Assembly (NCBI GenBank): GCA_004764695.1
Contig: SMSO01000035.1
Location: 744,001-808,000, forward strand
Origin: Schizochytrium sp. TIO01
Lineage: Eukaryota > Protista > Bigyra: Labyrinthulomycetes
Direction: 5' to 3'
DNA length: 64,000 nt
A program made the position numbers and the translations under genes. The notes under the pieces are model-generated. The model made no database searches and was not told the origin of the DNA. It was given only the letters and a program-made list of their open reading frames with translations. Shown in pieces: positions 34,569-47,630 of this stretch. Positions within the stretch are counted from its first letter, which is position 1. Every line of letters begins with the position of its first letter.

Positions 34569-37500
34569 GGCGATTGATTTCATGAACGTCTTTTCTTCTT
34601 CCTTCCTTTCCTTAGCCATTTAATCTGTTTTAATTTATTTGTTTACCTCTCTTGTTCGACGTTTACTCCATTTGCGGCGCTTCGATTGTTCACTTGTTCA
34701 CGTGCCTCTCAATGCGCTATTTATTCCGCACTTACTTGTCTGGCGAACCGAGGAGCTCCCGCGCTGGTTCTGCCTCCGCCACAGTCGTGAGACGCATGGC
34801 ACAGCTGCTGCCTTGGAGTCAGCGGACTCGTGAGAAGCAGCGAAGGAAGCGCTTTCGCAGGCGAAGGGGCGGCTTCTGCGAGGAGCTGAAGCAGGAAACG
34901 ATGGCCTCGGCACGGTTGAGCGAAACAAGGGCATCCATCGCTTCGGCTCCAGTGGAGAGAGAGGGAACAAGGCGAATTTAAAGGAACCCTTGAGAGGGGG
35001 TCTGAGGGGTGCATGTTAAAGGGTAATAGCTACAGTGGGAATGTGAGGAGAGATGGCCTTTCTTTTCTGATTCTTTCTCGATTCTTTCTTTTTTTAAAGA
35101 CTCCTTTTAGTTTTATTTCTTTTTATTTTATGGTTTCTTTTAAGCGGGGGCATTTGCTCGACGAAATGCGCATTTCGAGGTGGCATGGCTCCAATCTTGG
35201 GCATTTCAGATAACCAAGAGCACCAAAGCCACCCTGGGGAGGTCCATGCGCCTCGGAGCGAAATCAGAGCACAGCCGCGAAGCTTCGCGGCGCGAAAAAC
35301 CTCGAATCGCCACCACCGACAAACCAGTGGCTGCCAGAAATTAAAAAGGCCCCGCGTTACCCGGTCTAAGTTGCCCTAACCCTAGGTTAATAGGCCTCTT
35401 TTAAAGGGCTTCGAACTTTGTTAAAAATGGGTTTCGCATATTCCTAAAACGGGTTCTGCAAGTCGCACACCCTAGAAAAGAAACCCGCACGACATTATTA
35501 TTACAGACCACCTACCTACCTACGAGAGCAGAGTCGTGGACACGAACCCGATTTATGGTAGATACTCGTCACTGTAATCATTACCCATGGATCATGGATC
35601 AGAACAAGGTGATCCATAGGCTTTGATGCAGAAATGCAATAAGTGTCAGACACTTGATGTTTGAGAGGACGTTTTGAAGGCGCTATAGCTGTTTTCATGG
35701 CTATCGTTATTTTCATGTAGAAAAGGCCAGCTTCAAAGCAGTGGTTGTTTTTAGTTCGAAAGACCTACTAGAAAGGAACGAAATAAGACTACCCTATGGC
35801 AGACTTCAGCAACACATTTATGTGGATAGGTAGGGAGAGAATCATAACAGGTCATGTGAAAGCCCAGCATGGCAAGTAGGACTTCAGCATTTGGCATTTT
35901 AAAGGACGCAAGCTTATTGCAGGCAGTCTCAAAGAATCAGGAATAGCAAGCGGACAATCAATCGACCTGAGATTCCCTGAGAGATAGATACCATAGATAG
36001 CATTAACTTACAGTTAATAAAATTAATGAGTGATCAGAAACTTTGCAACAACAACGATAGGAAAATTCATTCTATTTGCTGTATGCACTGGTACCACTCC
36101 AATCCTACTGCTGCAAATATTGCTCCTTTCTACACAGCACTTTGAGCATAGGTGCTCTTTTGAGAGGAAATGAAGAGCCCACTATAGTTTATTTAATAAA
36201 TTGGATAACATTTTTAGGCCCTCTTGATCATAGATACTTGACACACACAAAGAGCACCGCAGAGTTCAATTAGCAGCTAGCAATTCCAGCTCAAGCCTGA
36301 TTTTGACCTCCATCACCATTAAACAAGACTCACGCCGAGACAAGTTGAACTAGATCTCGGCTCTAGTATACCCATCCAATAATATATCTCGCCACGTATT
36401 AAAAGCGTCACCAAAAAGAAACGAATACCCTCATGCTTGGATGAGCATTAGCCGTATTTTACAGAACAGTTAACTAGAAGACCAGAGTTGTTCTTTTTCA
36501 ACCGAACCGCTATTGCAGACAAGAAATTCATGAATTGTAAGAGATCCGTGCCAACATTTAAACGAGAATTACTCGCTTTGAGACGAAAGTTGCAGGAACT
36601 AACGAACAATCTTAACTGGACGAGTATTTGCATTAAGAGTGTGAGAAAATGTATATCAAACTACCGCGCAGCGATATAGTGAAATTACAGTGAAATCGAC
36701 GGGTTTCTCCTCTGTCTGAGCCTTAGAATGTTAAAACCTTTTTTCTTGGCTCTAGTGATTAGCGTTGTATCATGGACGAATGGACTCATCTGTACAGCGA
36801 AAATGTGTATACATAGTGCATTAAGATTGACAATTGAGCTTGGGTGTTTGGTTTTTTATAAATTGAGCATGATCATGGGTGATGTGTAACAACAGACTAA
36901 GTACTTAGAGGAACTAACACAGCAGTGCGATAAATTGTAAAATAAAGTTGATTCGAGGCAAAATCGCTCTGACCCATGTAGATGCAGAAAAGGAAAGCAG
37001 GCTAGAGTAGAAGAACGAGATGCATATCCTAGGAATCACTAGTTTAGGTTTCGGCGAACCATACAACCCTGTTTCCCCCAAGCTCTATATTTCTAGATTC
37101 TTGATGATTGCAACATGTCTGGCAACAGAGATTGGTCTCTAAGAAATAATAACGTGCTTCTTAGTTTAGAGTTCCTTGCTATGCATGATATTCAATTGAT
37201 TCTTATAGGTGGTTGTGTGCTAGCAAGGCCAAAGGTTGAGCTGGATGGCAGAGAAAGCCACAATTTCAACCATGTGAGTATGAGATCACATCGTATCATC
37301 ATTGTATCTGCCATTAAATTGATTCCCCTTCAAGTTACACGAATATATGATGCTAGACACCTAGAATGCGACTACTTTACTATCAAATTCATAAAAGATA
37401 GACTCACATGCTTGACTGCGCATAGTACCAAGCATCCGAGTCCGTCCTAAAACTTATCTGGTTCACTAACGTCGCAAGAAGCTGTTGTGGATAGATAAAT

Positions 37501-38711
37501 ACAAGTGAGATCAAATTCCTAATATTTCGCGGCATTTGAATGGGAGGTTGTTTAGTTTTCTTTTAGCTCCACTCAGCTCTCAAGCATCGGCTTGCTTGGT
37601 CTACTAGCATGGTTATGGTGATGAAAGTGCTGGAGAACCTCCTTGAATTGGGAAAGCAGGAGAGCTTAGTAGTACTGTCCGCAGTAGCGGCTATGACTTA
37701 GCAGTGTCCATGGAGGAAATATGTAATAAAAAGACTTCGTTGTGAGTTTATCGATGGTTCTCCATCAATTGACAACTCATTTATACCTGGAAGGGACCTT
37801 CTTTCCGAATTCTAGCAGTTTGATCTCTTCAAAGATCCCTGAGGAAGGTTTTCTTCTTGGACTGGCATATGACACAGGCAGCAAGTCGTACCCCACCAAG
37901 TATATTTATGTTATCTACATTCACTCTCGGTTCCTGATTCCACCCAATTCCTCCCCACCAATAATGAATAGGTACGTAGGTAGCACCTCGTTAGGCCCAC
38001 TACCTAACCTATCGAAGCACCCATTCATATTATGACTGGTTTTCGCCAACCGTATTTTATTTCACTGTTTGTTTTTTAATCAACCACATTTGGCGTCCTA
38101 AAACAAAGCCGCCAGAATTTCTCCTTCCCTCTCTTCCTGGTAAACTGTCTCACCAGATGATTGCTTGCAGGTGTTTAGTAGGCTTTCGCATCTCCGACTC
38201 GCAGCCAGCTCGATACGAAACTCCTCTTCAGGCTCATTCGCTTCACCATTCGCAGCATCAAATACGAAGAACCCGCCAAAGGAGAAACTGAAAGTACTCA
38301 CAATACCCCGTGAGCTCCCATTGTAGGTTATATATGCTGAAAGTGAAGAATATCAGGCACAAAGTGAAGAATAGCCTCTACAAAGTAAAGAATAGACGTC
38401 CAAGTCGAGAATTCGAGCGTAGCAAAGAGAGTTAGAGTAGCCTAAACAAACATCAATAGATTAAAAGGAAAGAAAGAAAGAAAGAAAGAAAGAAATAAAA
38501 GCCCTCGCCAGCCATCCTCCAAAGGCTGCCTCCGGAATCAAAAGGCGCGCTCTGCTGGCCTCCACGCCAGCCTCCGCCTCCTTTCCCGTCTGCGTTTGCG
38601 GCGGCTGCTTTGGCGCTTTCTCGGCCCACGCGGCCTTGCCTGGAGGCCTCTACCTGGTTTCATTGACAAGCAAACGAGCAACTAGAGAGTAGCTCTCTCC
38701 GTCTCGCCAGC

Positions 38712-40319
38712 ATGGCGGACCCCTCGCCACTGCCGGCGCCCAGCGCTTCCGCGTCGCAGCGTCGTCTTCGGCACGAGGTACTCCGTTGCTTCCTGTCGTC
38801 CTCAGATCCTTATGTTGGTGCGTCCACAGAACCTTCGGCGTCTTCAAGGAGCTCATCGTGTGCAGGCCCATCATTGGCTTTGTCCTGTGGATCTTCGTGG
38901 ACTCCATCTACAGCGGATCAGCTCTCGCGCTGCGCAATGTGTCTTGCGCCACCCTCTCTCCGAGTTTTGGACTGTCGACGTGGTTCTGTCACGTGTCTGC
39001 GCTGCGGTTGCGCTGGCTTTGCTTGGGAACGCGCCGTGGCAGCGTCGTCTTCTTCTTCAGCCGCACAACACAGTTTCTCCGGAACTAGCGACGCTGCCAC
39101 CCTTGATCGTGCCCTTGGCGCCGCCGGGGCAGATCTCGTGCGTGCCCGTCATCGCAGAGCCGCTGTGGAGTTAGCCGCTGGCGGTGACGTTAGAATTGCC
39201 GAACTGGCCACCAAGATCTTAGAAGTCTGGGCTTCGCAAAGGGAGAGACTTAGAGGACTTGAAAAGGTTGCAGAGGCGTGCGTAGAGGCAGCAAGAGAAA
39301 TTTTGAAAAGGAAAGCACGAGGAGAAGCTAGAGGAAAAGAAATCCCAACGTTCAGATGCGAAAAATGCAGAACAAATTTTGCCTGCAGGAAGGACGTCAG
39401 GGTGCATAAGTGCTCGCCAGTGCTTGCTCGGAGGCAAAAGCAACAACCGCAGAATTCTGAACAACCACCAAAAACTCAACAGGAGCCTGGCAAGATCGAG
39501 TCCCGGGCACCGCATGTTCATGGAATTGAGGCTGGGAATATGGTGGTTGGGAAGAGCGTAAAAAGTCCCAAAGCACCGCCGCTGTCATCCAAGGGAACTA
39601 TAGAGATGTTGCTTGCAGGAGTACGGACCACGACAACCAGCAGTACTAGCAGTGAAACACAGGCTAGGGCAGCATCGATTATTCAGGGATCGCAGACTAG
39701 CAGTGATCCTCTTAAGACTATACAAAACTTAGGGCAGAGTATGGAAGGTGACAAGCCAGAAAAGAAGGATACAAGCGGTGTTATGCGAACCACGGCCGAG
39801 GAGACAGAGCCGTCGTCATTACCATTATCATCGTCGTCGTCATCTTCACTGTTATTTCAAGCGGTGAACTTGTCGAATTCTTCTTCGACACCATCCTCGC
39901 CGCCACAACTGTCATCCTCACCCGAAATAGAACCTCACAAGGACCAAAATGGAATAACTGCCAGTCTTCCAAGCCCAGAGGAGATCCAGTCACCCTCTGG
40001 AACAGATATGGTCAGTTCAGTCACTGGGGACGAGGAAACAACCAAACTCGACGGTACAGACGTCCATAGTCAAGTCCCGCCAAGAGATCCTCTCCTTGCC
40101 GCTGCGCCAGGAAGCCTTAAACGCAAACTCATGGACACTTCTGCACCGAATACTAAGTCCAACTCCGTTCTGGGTGGGACGCTTAAATCCATCCAGCCGT
40201 CGTCAACCGCACCACCGCTATCGACGGCAGCTGCTTTGTCCAGCAAAGCACGCGCCACGCGCAAACCTGCAGCATCTAAAGCCCGAGCTAAAACGAAAAA
40301 GCTTCGCACGCGCTGCTAA
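38712..40319 (+). CDS. TFIIB-like zinc-ribbon protein with a C2HC finger and a Ser/Pro-rich tail
   Basis: CAMC-x18-CLRCG ribbon with D..RGSVTC; LRGLEKVAEAC cyclin-repeat-like helix; FRCEKC..F..RKDVRVHKC; basic C-terminus. Confidence 0.6.
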   Translation: MADPSPLPAPSASASQRRLRHEVLRCFLSSSDPYVGASTEPSASSRSSSCAGPSLALSCGSSWTPSTADQLSRCAMCLAPPSLRVLDCRRGSVTCLRCGCAGFAWERAVAASSSSSAAQHSFSGTSDAATLDRALGAAGADLVRARHRRAAVELAAGGDVRIAELATKILEVWASQRERLRGLEKVAEACVEAAREILKRKARGEARGKEIPTFRCEKCRTNFACRKDVRVHKCSPVLARRQKQQPQNSEQPPKTQQEPGKIESRAPHVHGIEAGNMVVGKSVKSPKAPPLSSKGTIEMLLAGVRTTTTSSTSSETQARAASIIQGSQTSSDPLKTIQNLGQSMEGDKPEKKDTSGVMRTTAEETEPSSLPLSSSSSSSLLFQAVNLSNSSSTPSSPPQLSSSPEIEPHKDQNGITASLPSPEEIQSPSGTDMVSSVTGDEETTKLDGTDVHSQVPPRDPLLAAAPGSLKRKLMDTSAPNTKSNSVLGGTLKSIQPSSTAPPLSTAAALSSKARATRKPAASKARAKTKKLRTRC

Positions 40320-41299
40320 AATATACATACGTATCTACACGGACCCTGATTGACCAACCGACGCTCCCAATATCTGTTCGTCCAGCTCACCCGTCCGTTA
40401 AGGCAGAATGTAACCAGGCAGTGAAAAAACAACACGCCTATCACGTATTTAGATCATTGACAAACAACTTCCACGCAAATACAAACATACAAACATACAA
40501 ACAATCATAGCATACATAGGATGAAACCACTTAAACCTCGCCCCGACATGACCGCGGCAAACCATATATGTCGAATAGCCTACGCACCTGCATGCATGTC
40601 CATATGATACTTACAACTTCTGACACTCGTACATAGTAGTATTTTTTTAACCAAAGACGTACATTTTAATCTACCACCTCTCACATCTAACTAATGCGTG
40701 TTTCTCCCTTGCCCATTACCATTTTGTATATTCATCAGTTTCAATCATTTTCTCCATTCTTATCTCATCATTGAACGAGTAGACATTGCTATATGCTGTG
40801 ACTTTGCTACTTAACTAAACGTACAAAGAAAAGGCCTTCAGTCAGTGCAGGAAGCACTTGTGGAAAGCAAACATATTAAGAACTATTTGGAAGGCCACAA
40901 CAGATTCTGTGACAGATTTCTTATGGAATTATGGTATTCTCTTGTAAAAAGATATTCGAATCATCAGCGAGACTATTCGTAAGCCTAAGATGATGATCGA
41001 AGTTATTTGTGTGCTACAACTGTTCTCTGCATCATCAGAATTTAGAAAAAATGAACTTTTAAAACCGAATAGACTTGTGTCCCAAATAAGTGAGATCTAC
41101 TTGAACATTAAAGTAGCACTAGCTTCAAGTTGTACCAGATATATATATATATATATGATTTTAGTTTTTTTTTTTGGGGGGGGGGGGGGTATTCGGTTCA
41201 AAGGTACTTCTGCTAGTTTAAATCGCATTGTAGTCTCGAGTCACATATCATGAAATCATTCTATACGTTTCCTGTATCAAATGCTATATCTGAGAACGG

Positions 41300-41685
41300 A
41301 GCTTCTACTTTATCTGCATGACGCCACACCAACTTATTTTATTCCAAGAAGACTTTTCGGCTAATATACTAGTAGAAGCGAAAGTCTTTTGACATGATTT
41401 AGGTACAAACTGAAAGCAAAACACAAATCTCAAATGATCGTACTGTAAAGATTTGAAGTTCATCTCTAACATCCAATAGAAGTAAATGTTACGTCTCAAT
41501 ATTGATTTCACACGAACATTTGTTTAGATAATACCCTGAATTTATTGGAGAATCCTGTGAGCAGACCTGGGGCCCATCTTATCTCCTTGAAACATCTCTT
41601 GTGAATAATGAGGCGAATAGTGGTATGAAAAGTGGCAAGAATTTGGCATGAAAACAGCCTCTCCAAAGCAGCAGAAATCAGTCAC
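41300..41685 (-). mobile_element. Highly decayed Tc1/mariner-like transposase fragment
   Basis: Minus-strand frame FHTTIRLIIHKRCFKEIRWAPGLLTGFSNKFRV resembles the mariner HTH / WVPHELT linker. It is followed by stops and frameshifts with DE..QYD remnants. Confidence 0.3.
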
Positions 41686-44600
41686 ATATTAGCAGCAGCT
41701 GCTCGTATCTTAAGCGAACTAATTCCTTAGTTGCGTATGAATACAATTGAAGCTTGTGCATGTGAACAAACATTTGCTTACATTCTGAATGTTGTTGTTG
41801 GTTATGTCTTTGGGTAGAAGACAGTTACAGAGCGTACCTGAAAATTTGTTGGTATGAGTGCAAGCAACATTTGCCAAACAGAGTAACCAGAAATAGCAAA
41901 GTATGCCAGTAAAGCTACCTCGTATAAGTAACCTCGCCACACAGTTGCATAAGCATTTATATATTACATCATCTCAATTGATATATCATATGAAAGCAAC
42001 ATGCAGAGGTTTTGCTTTATCCCACAAAAAAGCATACTAGTCAACACAAGATTTACACGGCCGCATACGATGTTAATGATGATTAATTTATTCTTTTAAA
42101 AAAGGTAATATTGCATATTTCGCTCAGCAGCATTGGCGCTTTTGATTTATAGAACTCGATGTACTACTTTCAAACAAATTGTTGTACTTCAATACTCCAC
42201 ATAGATCTCCACGGGCGATCGATCACCTATGCCAAGCTCTTGCGCTATACGAAACGAGGCGAACTATCATATACACGGGTCTACTGCACGTCGTATTGCA
42301 ATCAAAACTACTGTTTAAACCAACGAACTCAACTTAAATCCTTGATTCTTCTATTCTTTACAATAGGTTGGTTAAAAGTAAATATAAGTCTAACCATTTC
42401 ATCAACTCTATTTTATGCATTAATACCAACTTTACAGTGAGACTTAGGGAATACCTATTATACTGTTGAAATGTGGTTTCCCTTCTCAGTATATACCATA
42501 ATTCCTAGATCCTTTAGTCCCCCAATCAGGTGTATTGCTTGCCATTAATTCTTACCAAATCATACAATACCTCATGTTCAACGTTAAAACACAAATTGTA
42601 TTGCTTCCATGCCCTCCTCATAAGCCAAAAACGTGCAACGATTAAATTGTATTTGTACTATAAATGTAGCAAGAGGTTTAAAGTACTTGAAATGTCTCTC
42701 TTCATTAAATTGTAAACTGGGCAGTGTTTGTCTATTCCAAATTGTATGAGAACCTCATGCAGAGTCGTTCGATCTGTATGAGAGTATAAAATTTCCGCAA
42801 CTTGATTCTTTTAAAGTGGATTGTCATATGTGCGAGACATGAGCTCTGCTGCAAAGATCTTAAGAGCTTTGCTCAAAATAGTAGTAACGCTCCTTGCTGG
42901 AGACCACACATGATGAGGTTTGGAATTAGTGCACCAGACCTTAGTAATTTTTGTGCGTCTTGCACCAGCTAATAGCAGGAAATTCGTTTGACTAAACTAC
43001 AAAGTGCTTTAAACGCTTCTACAGGAATCAATTATTTACCTGCGATTTAAAAACAAAACAAGGAATTTAAGGGTAACCTAAGCCAAATGGCACATACACG
43101 ATTTGAAGCAACATCTCGTTCTAAAATTACTGGCCTGACAAAGCACTTAGATCATTCTCCTCGTACCGTAAGTTCGGTTTTGTGTAGTATTGACGGGGAA
43201 GAATTTCCCAAGTGGATTATAATCATAATTCTCAGAACCGTGTACTTCTGTTTCGCTATAATTATTTACACTCGATAATAAAATTTCGCGAATAGATCAG
43301 TGCAAGCCAACATGCAAATAAACAGACAATCTGAAAAGGATCCCACCTGAGTAAGCTCACCAAATTCGATGCAAAATACTTTGAGCCCTTGACGTTTTAA
43401 TTAGACCTGCAGGTATCTTGAGGTATTGATGTTGGAAGACCAAGTGATAATCCAAAACTATACTTATAGGCAGAACGGTTTGGCTTCGATTTTCATCTCA
43501 AAATTCTATCGAGTGTCTATGGCGATGAATTTAAATATCAAATATTGTCTTTAGTTGTCTCAATCAATTCATGGCTTATCTAAAATTTGCTCTAACATGC
43601 ATGCCAATGACTTCGCATGTGTACCATAATGCAACTTGTTATACCTCTATGCAGAACACAAACTGTGAAGCATTTGCAAAACGCATCCTTCGATCCATTA
43701 TAGTTCATTGTGTAGGTAAATCCATCTATCGTAAGAAGGCTTCCCAAAGTTCACATACGTCGTCAACTTTGTTTCCTTTATGATACAAGTGTTTAGAACA
43801 AATAATCGACAGTACGAGCATAACGGAATTCATTCAATAGTTTCAACGCTGCATACTGGAAAACTCATTTAAGCTTGGACTGTGCCAATCTTCCTGTCGC
43901 AGATTTGTATTCAACAATAACAGTCTTTAAGAATCTAAGATTTAAGTTGTAACAAGTTGTAACAAGACAAATCCAATATTTTAAAAAAACAAATTGGTCA
44001 GTGATTCAAAACGCTGCCCAAGTCAGAGGTAAAATGTCCTTTTGCTGCTTGTAAATATGGAATGGAGTAAGTTTAAGAACGTAAACTTTACATATCACTC
44101 CCTCCCTGTCGATCTTTGGGAAACTTGAACAGTCAAAATCGAAAATAATTAAGCAAAATGATAAAGGTCGTTAGAGAACTTGGGTGGCTTGCTATGATGC
44201 GAAATGAGATTCTCGCCTCACAGCAGCGGCTGCAACAATCTAGTTACTAGTCGTATATAATGAAACCTTATGGTATTCTTCTTCCATAAGTCCCCATTCC
44301 ATTTCCCGCTTTGGCCTCTCCCCTGCAGCTTAAGGGGGCACAAACTTCTCCATGAAAGGGAAGAGTATTTATTTGCCAAGTCGAAGTATTTCCTGTAGAA
44401 CGCCGAGGCTTTATCCTTCGCCTTGGCATGTGTTCATTCTCAGTCACCATTGTTGATAACTTATACAACTATATTCATCGCGACTCGCAATTTATAGTGC
44501 CCTCTTTCAGGCGAAGCTGTCACCCCCCACCAACCCCGAACTCTTAGTGCTCCTTCTTAGAAAGCCCTTAGCTGCAGTTCTTTCAAACTCCGAGTCACTT

Positions 44601-45193
44601 GTCAAATGAACAAAATCTTCGGTTCTTTTGCTTTGTTTTCGTCTCATTTCATTTGCTGGAAACGAATCGCCCCCAAGCAGCCTGCTAATTCACCTCGTCT
44701 CTGGCCATCTTTCAGATTAGCACCAAACGAAACGCCGCAAGAGCACATATATTTGATTAATAATGAATGAGTGATCGATTGAGTGATTGAAAGAGCTTGG
44801 TTGTGATCAATTGGTCGACTCGAATCGACCCTTAATCTCATCTTCTACGAAACCTGAAAGGCGAACCTAGCAGTAGCAGCCCATGCAAATGCAGTTGAAG
44901 AAAAGAGAATGGAAAAGCACCTTATAGCCAAGAAGTACCTAGGTACCTACCTAGCTACCTACCTACCTGCATAAGGGTACTGCTACGCACTGATAGCATC
45001 GTATTGTCACGAAAGAAACACTGAAGAAGCAAGCAGAAGGGAGAGAAGATTTTCTCCATTAAAAAAGTGAGTTCGATCATTGATGAAAGAAATAAATAAA
45101 ATTGAAAGAAAATGACTTATTGACAATTAAAAATCATAATAAACACACAGACAGACCCAGATAGCGCTGAGGCGTCACGCGTGCAACGCGACG

Positions 45194-47287
45194 ATGCTTG
45201 AGGGCACGCGTGAGGGCGTGGGCGCTTCGAGTGGGGCCAGCAGGGCTTCCCCTGGAGGCTCGCTGTCCATGGCCACTACCACCGTCCTGGGTGGAGTTTC
45301 TGGAGGCGGGTCTGGTGCGGGCTCGGGAGGCTCTGGGCTCAACAGCAGTGGCGCTAACAACAACAACAGCAGCAGCAATAACAACAGCAGTGCACAGAGC
45401 GCCACGGGAGGCAGCAGGTCTGGAAGTATCAGTACTAGCTATGGATATGAACGGAGAAGACTTCTGTCCTATACGGCTCCTTCACCAAGAACCGCGGCGG
45501 CATTTGATCGTCTAAATGACGGGATCGAATTTGATCGTGGCAATTGCTGCGCAAAATTTCAACAAAGTGCAAAACGTCGCGTTCGACGAGTGTGGCATGT
45601 TAGCAAAGTTGCCTCCATAAATTTGCTGCGTGCATGCGGATTTATGGTGGACCATATCGATGCCATTAGAGCCAGTCAGCATGATGATTACATGGAACTT
45701 GACTCGGATGAAGGAGGCCCACCCGAAGAGCCCGCTTCGGTTGTCTTCTGGCACAACCTCAAGTTAGCTCTGGCCATTGTCGCACTCATTTGCGTTACAG
45801 CATTAGAACCTGTCCTTCTCAAAGTGATGGCAGACCACACTATGGTGGACGAGCTTAGAGACTACCGCTATGTCTTGGCACAATTGCTCATGCTCACTCA
45901 CATACCACTTGCCATTGGGTCGGCCATTTGGTATGCTTGCAAGTACTCAAGACCGGCTTTGGAATCTTGTGATTTCCCCAAAACCTGGTTCGTACTCCTT
46001 GCCTTCCTGAACTCTCTTCACTTGATCATGCAGGTTGTCTCAAGTGGATCAGTGCCTGCTCCACTGACAATCCTGTTAGTGAATGCATCTATTCCTCTGA
46101 CAAAGGTGTTTGGTGCGTTGCTCACCGGGGCAATGATTGCTATCCAGTACTGGATGCCCAACCTCCCTGAGTACTGGCTTGCAGACGAAAATTCTGCAAC
46201 CGAACCGATGCTACAGCAGGTTCAACATCAACTCATGCTTGAGCAGCGTAATCGCCTCCAGCAGCAACAAGGCAGCGGCAACAATGGCTTCGGATCTTCT
46301 CTCAGACAGTCAGGGCAGCAAGGAGAAACTTCAAATTGTCAAAGTTGCGTTCGCCTCGCCTGCAAACGTGCTCTGCTCAAGTCAAAGAGGTTTATCGTCA
46401 AGCGCCCGTATGCTATTTTGTCCATGATTTTTGTAGTTGCAGGCGTCTTTCTTGGCATGTTTCCTATTATCACAGATGACGTATCTGCACTTGGAGAAAA
46501 ATCTTACTGCCATGTATACAATCACGATTGTGCATCTAGTACTATTATTTTCCTCCTCTCGGCTATTCCTGCTGCCCTCTCGGCTATTTGCGAGGAACGG
46601 ACCCTCGTACGTTATTCCCTACCCGTGGCACCTATGATGCTGCATGGCTGGCTCGTGCCCATGCAATTCCTCTTTGGAGTCATTCTCGCCCCGATTGGCC
46701 GTCATTTACAGCACCCAACTCGAAAATGGTCTAATGTTAGTATGGAAGTGCGGGGACTCGATGAAGAAGTCTCACAAGGTCTCCAGTGTATTCTTCTAGG
46801 TAAGGAAACAGGTATAGGGTATATCGGGCACGCTGATCCTGATTGGTGTAAGCCACTCCTCCCACTTTTAATCCTCTTTCTTCTCGTGAGTTTCTCTTAT
46901 CACATGCTTACCCTTTTCATCATGCGTAAAGCTACTGAACTGAGTTTGCGCATCTGCACCGCCCTCGCAATCCCCATTGGATGGTCCGCGCTCGTGGTGT
47001 ACGACTTTTATTTCCAGCCGAATGTTTCGAAGGATGTGCCTACGCAAGTGGTCATCTCGCCCTTCAATAAGGTTGCCCTGGCGTGCATTGTAATCAGCCT
47101 CTTCTTCCATAGGACGATTGCAGAGCCAGAAACAAGTTACATTCTCACGTCACCTTTTGAGGAACAGGACCGCATGACTATCGAAGCAGCTTCGGAGCGC
47201 CATCGTAGATTATTGCTTGAAGCTCGCTCTCAGCAGCAGCAGCAGCAACATCCTGACGGCCACCATCCTTCAAATGAATTTATGTAA
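45194..47287 (+). CDS. CRT-like (chloroquine-resistance transporter family, DMT superfamily) membrane transporter
   Basis: About 10 hydrophobic helices; VPAPLTILLVNASIP; FLLSAIPAALSAICEE; and a GLQCIL...WC cysteine-bearing loop typical of CRT/CLT proteins. Confidence 0.75.
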   Translation: MLEGTREGVGASSGASRASPGGSLSMATTTVLGGVSGGGSGAGSGGSGLNSSGANNNNSSSNNNSSAQSATGGSRSGSISTSYGYERRRLLSYTAPSPRTAAAFDRLNDGIEFDRGNCCAKFQQSAKRRVRRVWHVSKVASINLLRACGFMVDHIDAIRASQHDDYMELDSDEGGPPEEPASVVFWHNLKLALAIVALICVTALEPVLLKVMADHTMVDELRDYRYVLAQLLMLTHIPLAIGSAIWYACKYSRPALESCDFPKTWFVLLAFLNSLHLIMQVVSSGSVPAPLTILLVNASIPLTKVFGALLTGAMIAIQYWMPNLPEYWLADENSATEPMLQQVQHQLMLEQRNRLQQQQGSGNNGFGSSLRQSGQQGETSNCQSCVRLACKRALLKSKRFIVKRPYAILSMIFVVAGVFLGMFPIITDDVSALGEKSYCHVYNHDCASSTIIFLLSAIPAALSAICEERTLVRYSLPVAPMMLHGWLVPMQFLFGVILAPIGRHLQHPTRKWSNVSMEVRGLDEEVSQGLQCILLGKETGIGYIGHADPDWCKPLLPLLILFLLVSFSYHMLTLFIMRKATELSLRICTALAIPIGWSALVVYDFYFQPNVSKDVPTQVVISPFNKVALACIVISLFFHRTIAEPETSYILTSPFEEQDRMTIEAASERHRRLLLEARSQQQQQQHPDGHHPSNEFM

Positions 47288-47630
47288 ATGATTGATTAGA
47301 CTTTTTCTGCATACCATTCTAATACTTCTCGATATATGTTTTTTCCAAAACAGTCATACGTCTGTCATGTCATTTAGTAAAGCAGTCCATCCCTTCACTC
47401 CCTTCACCAGCTCTTGTTTCTCAGATCTGCCAGCATCACAAATATGAGTTAATCAGACAAAAAAACTGAAGTTCGAGATTCAATTAGGTCAGACAGGCCC
47501 AGACTTAGATCTTCTTTACGGAGAGTAGAATATCAGCTCTGGGTGGCTTGACGTTTTCAGATAAATTACAACATTAAGTCAATTTCATACAATACGTATG
47601 ATGTATTGAGAACATAATACGATAGAATCA

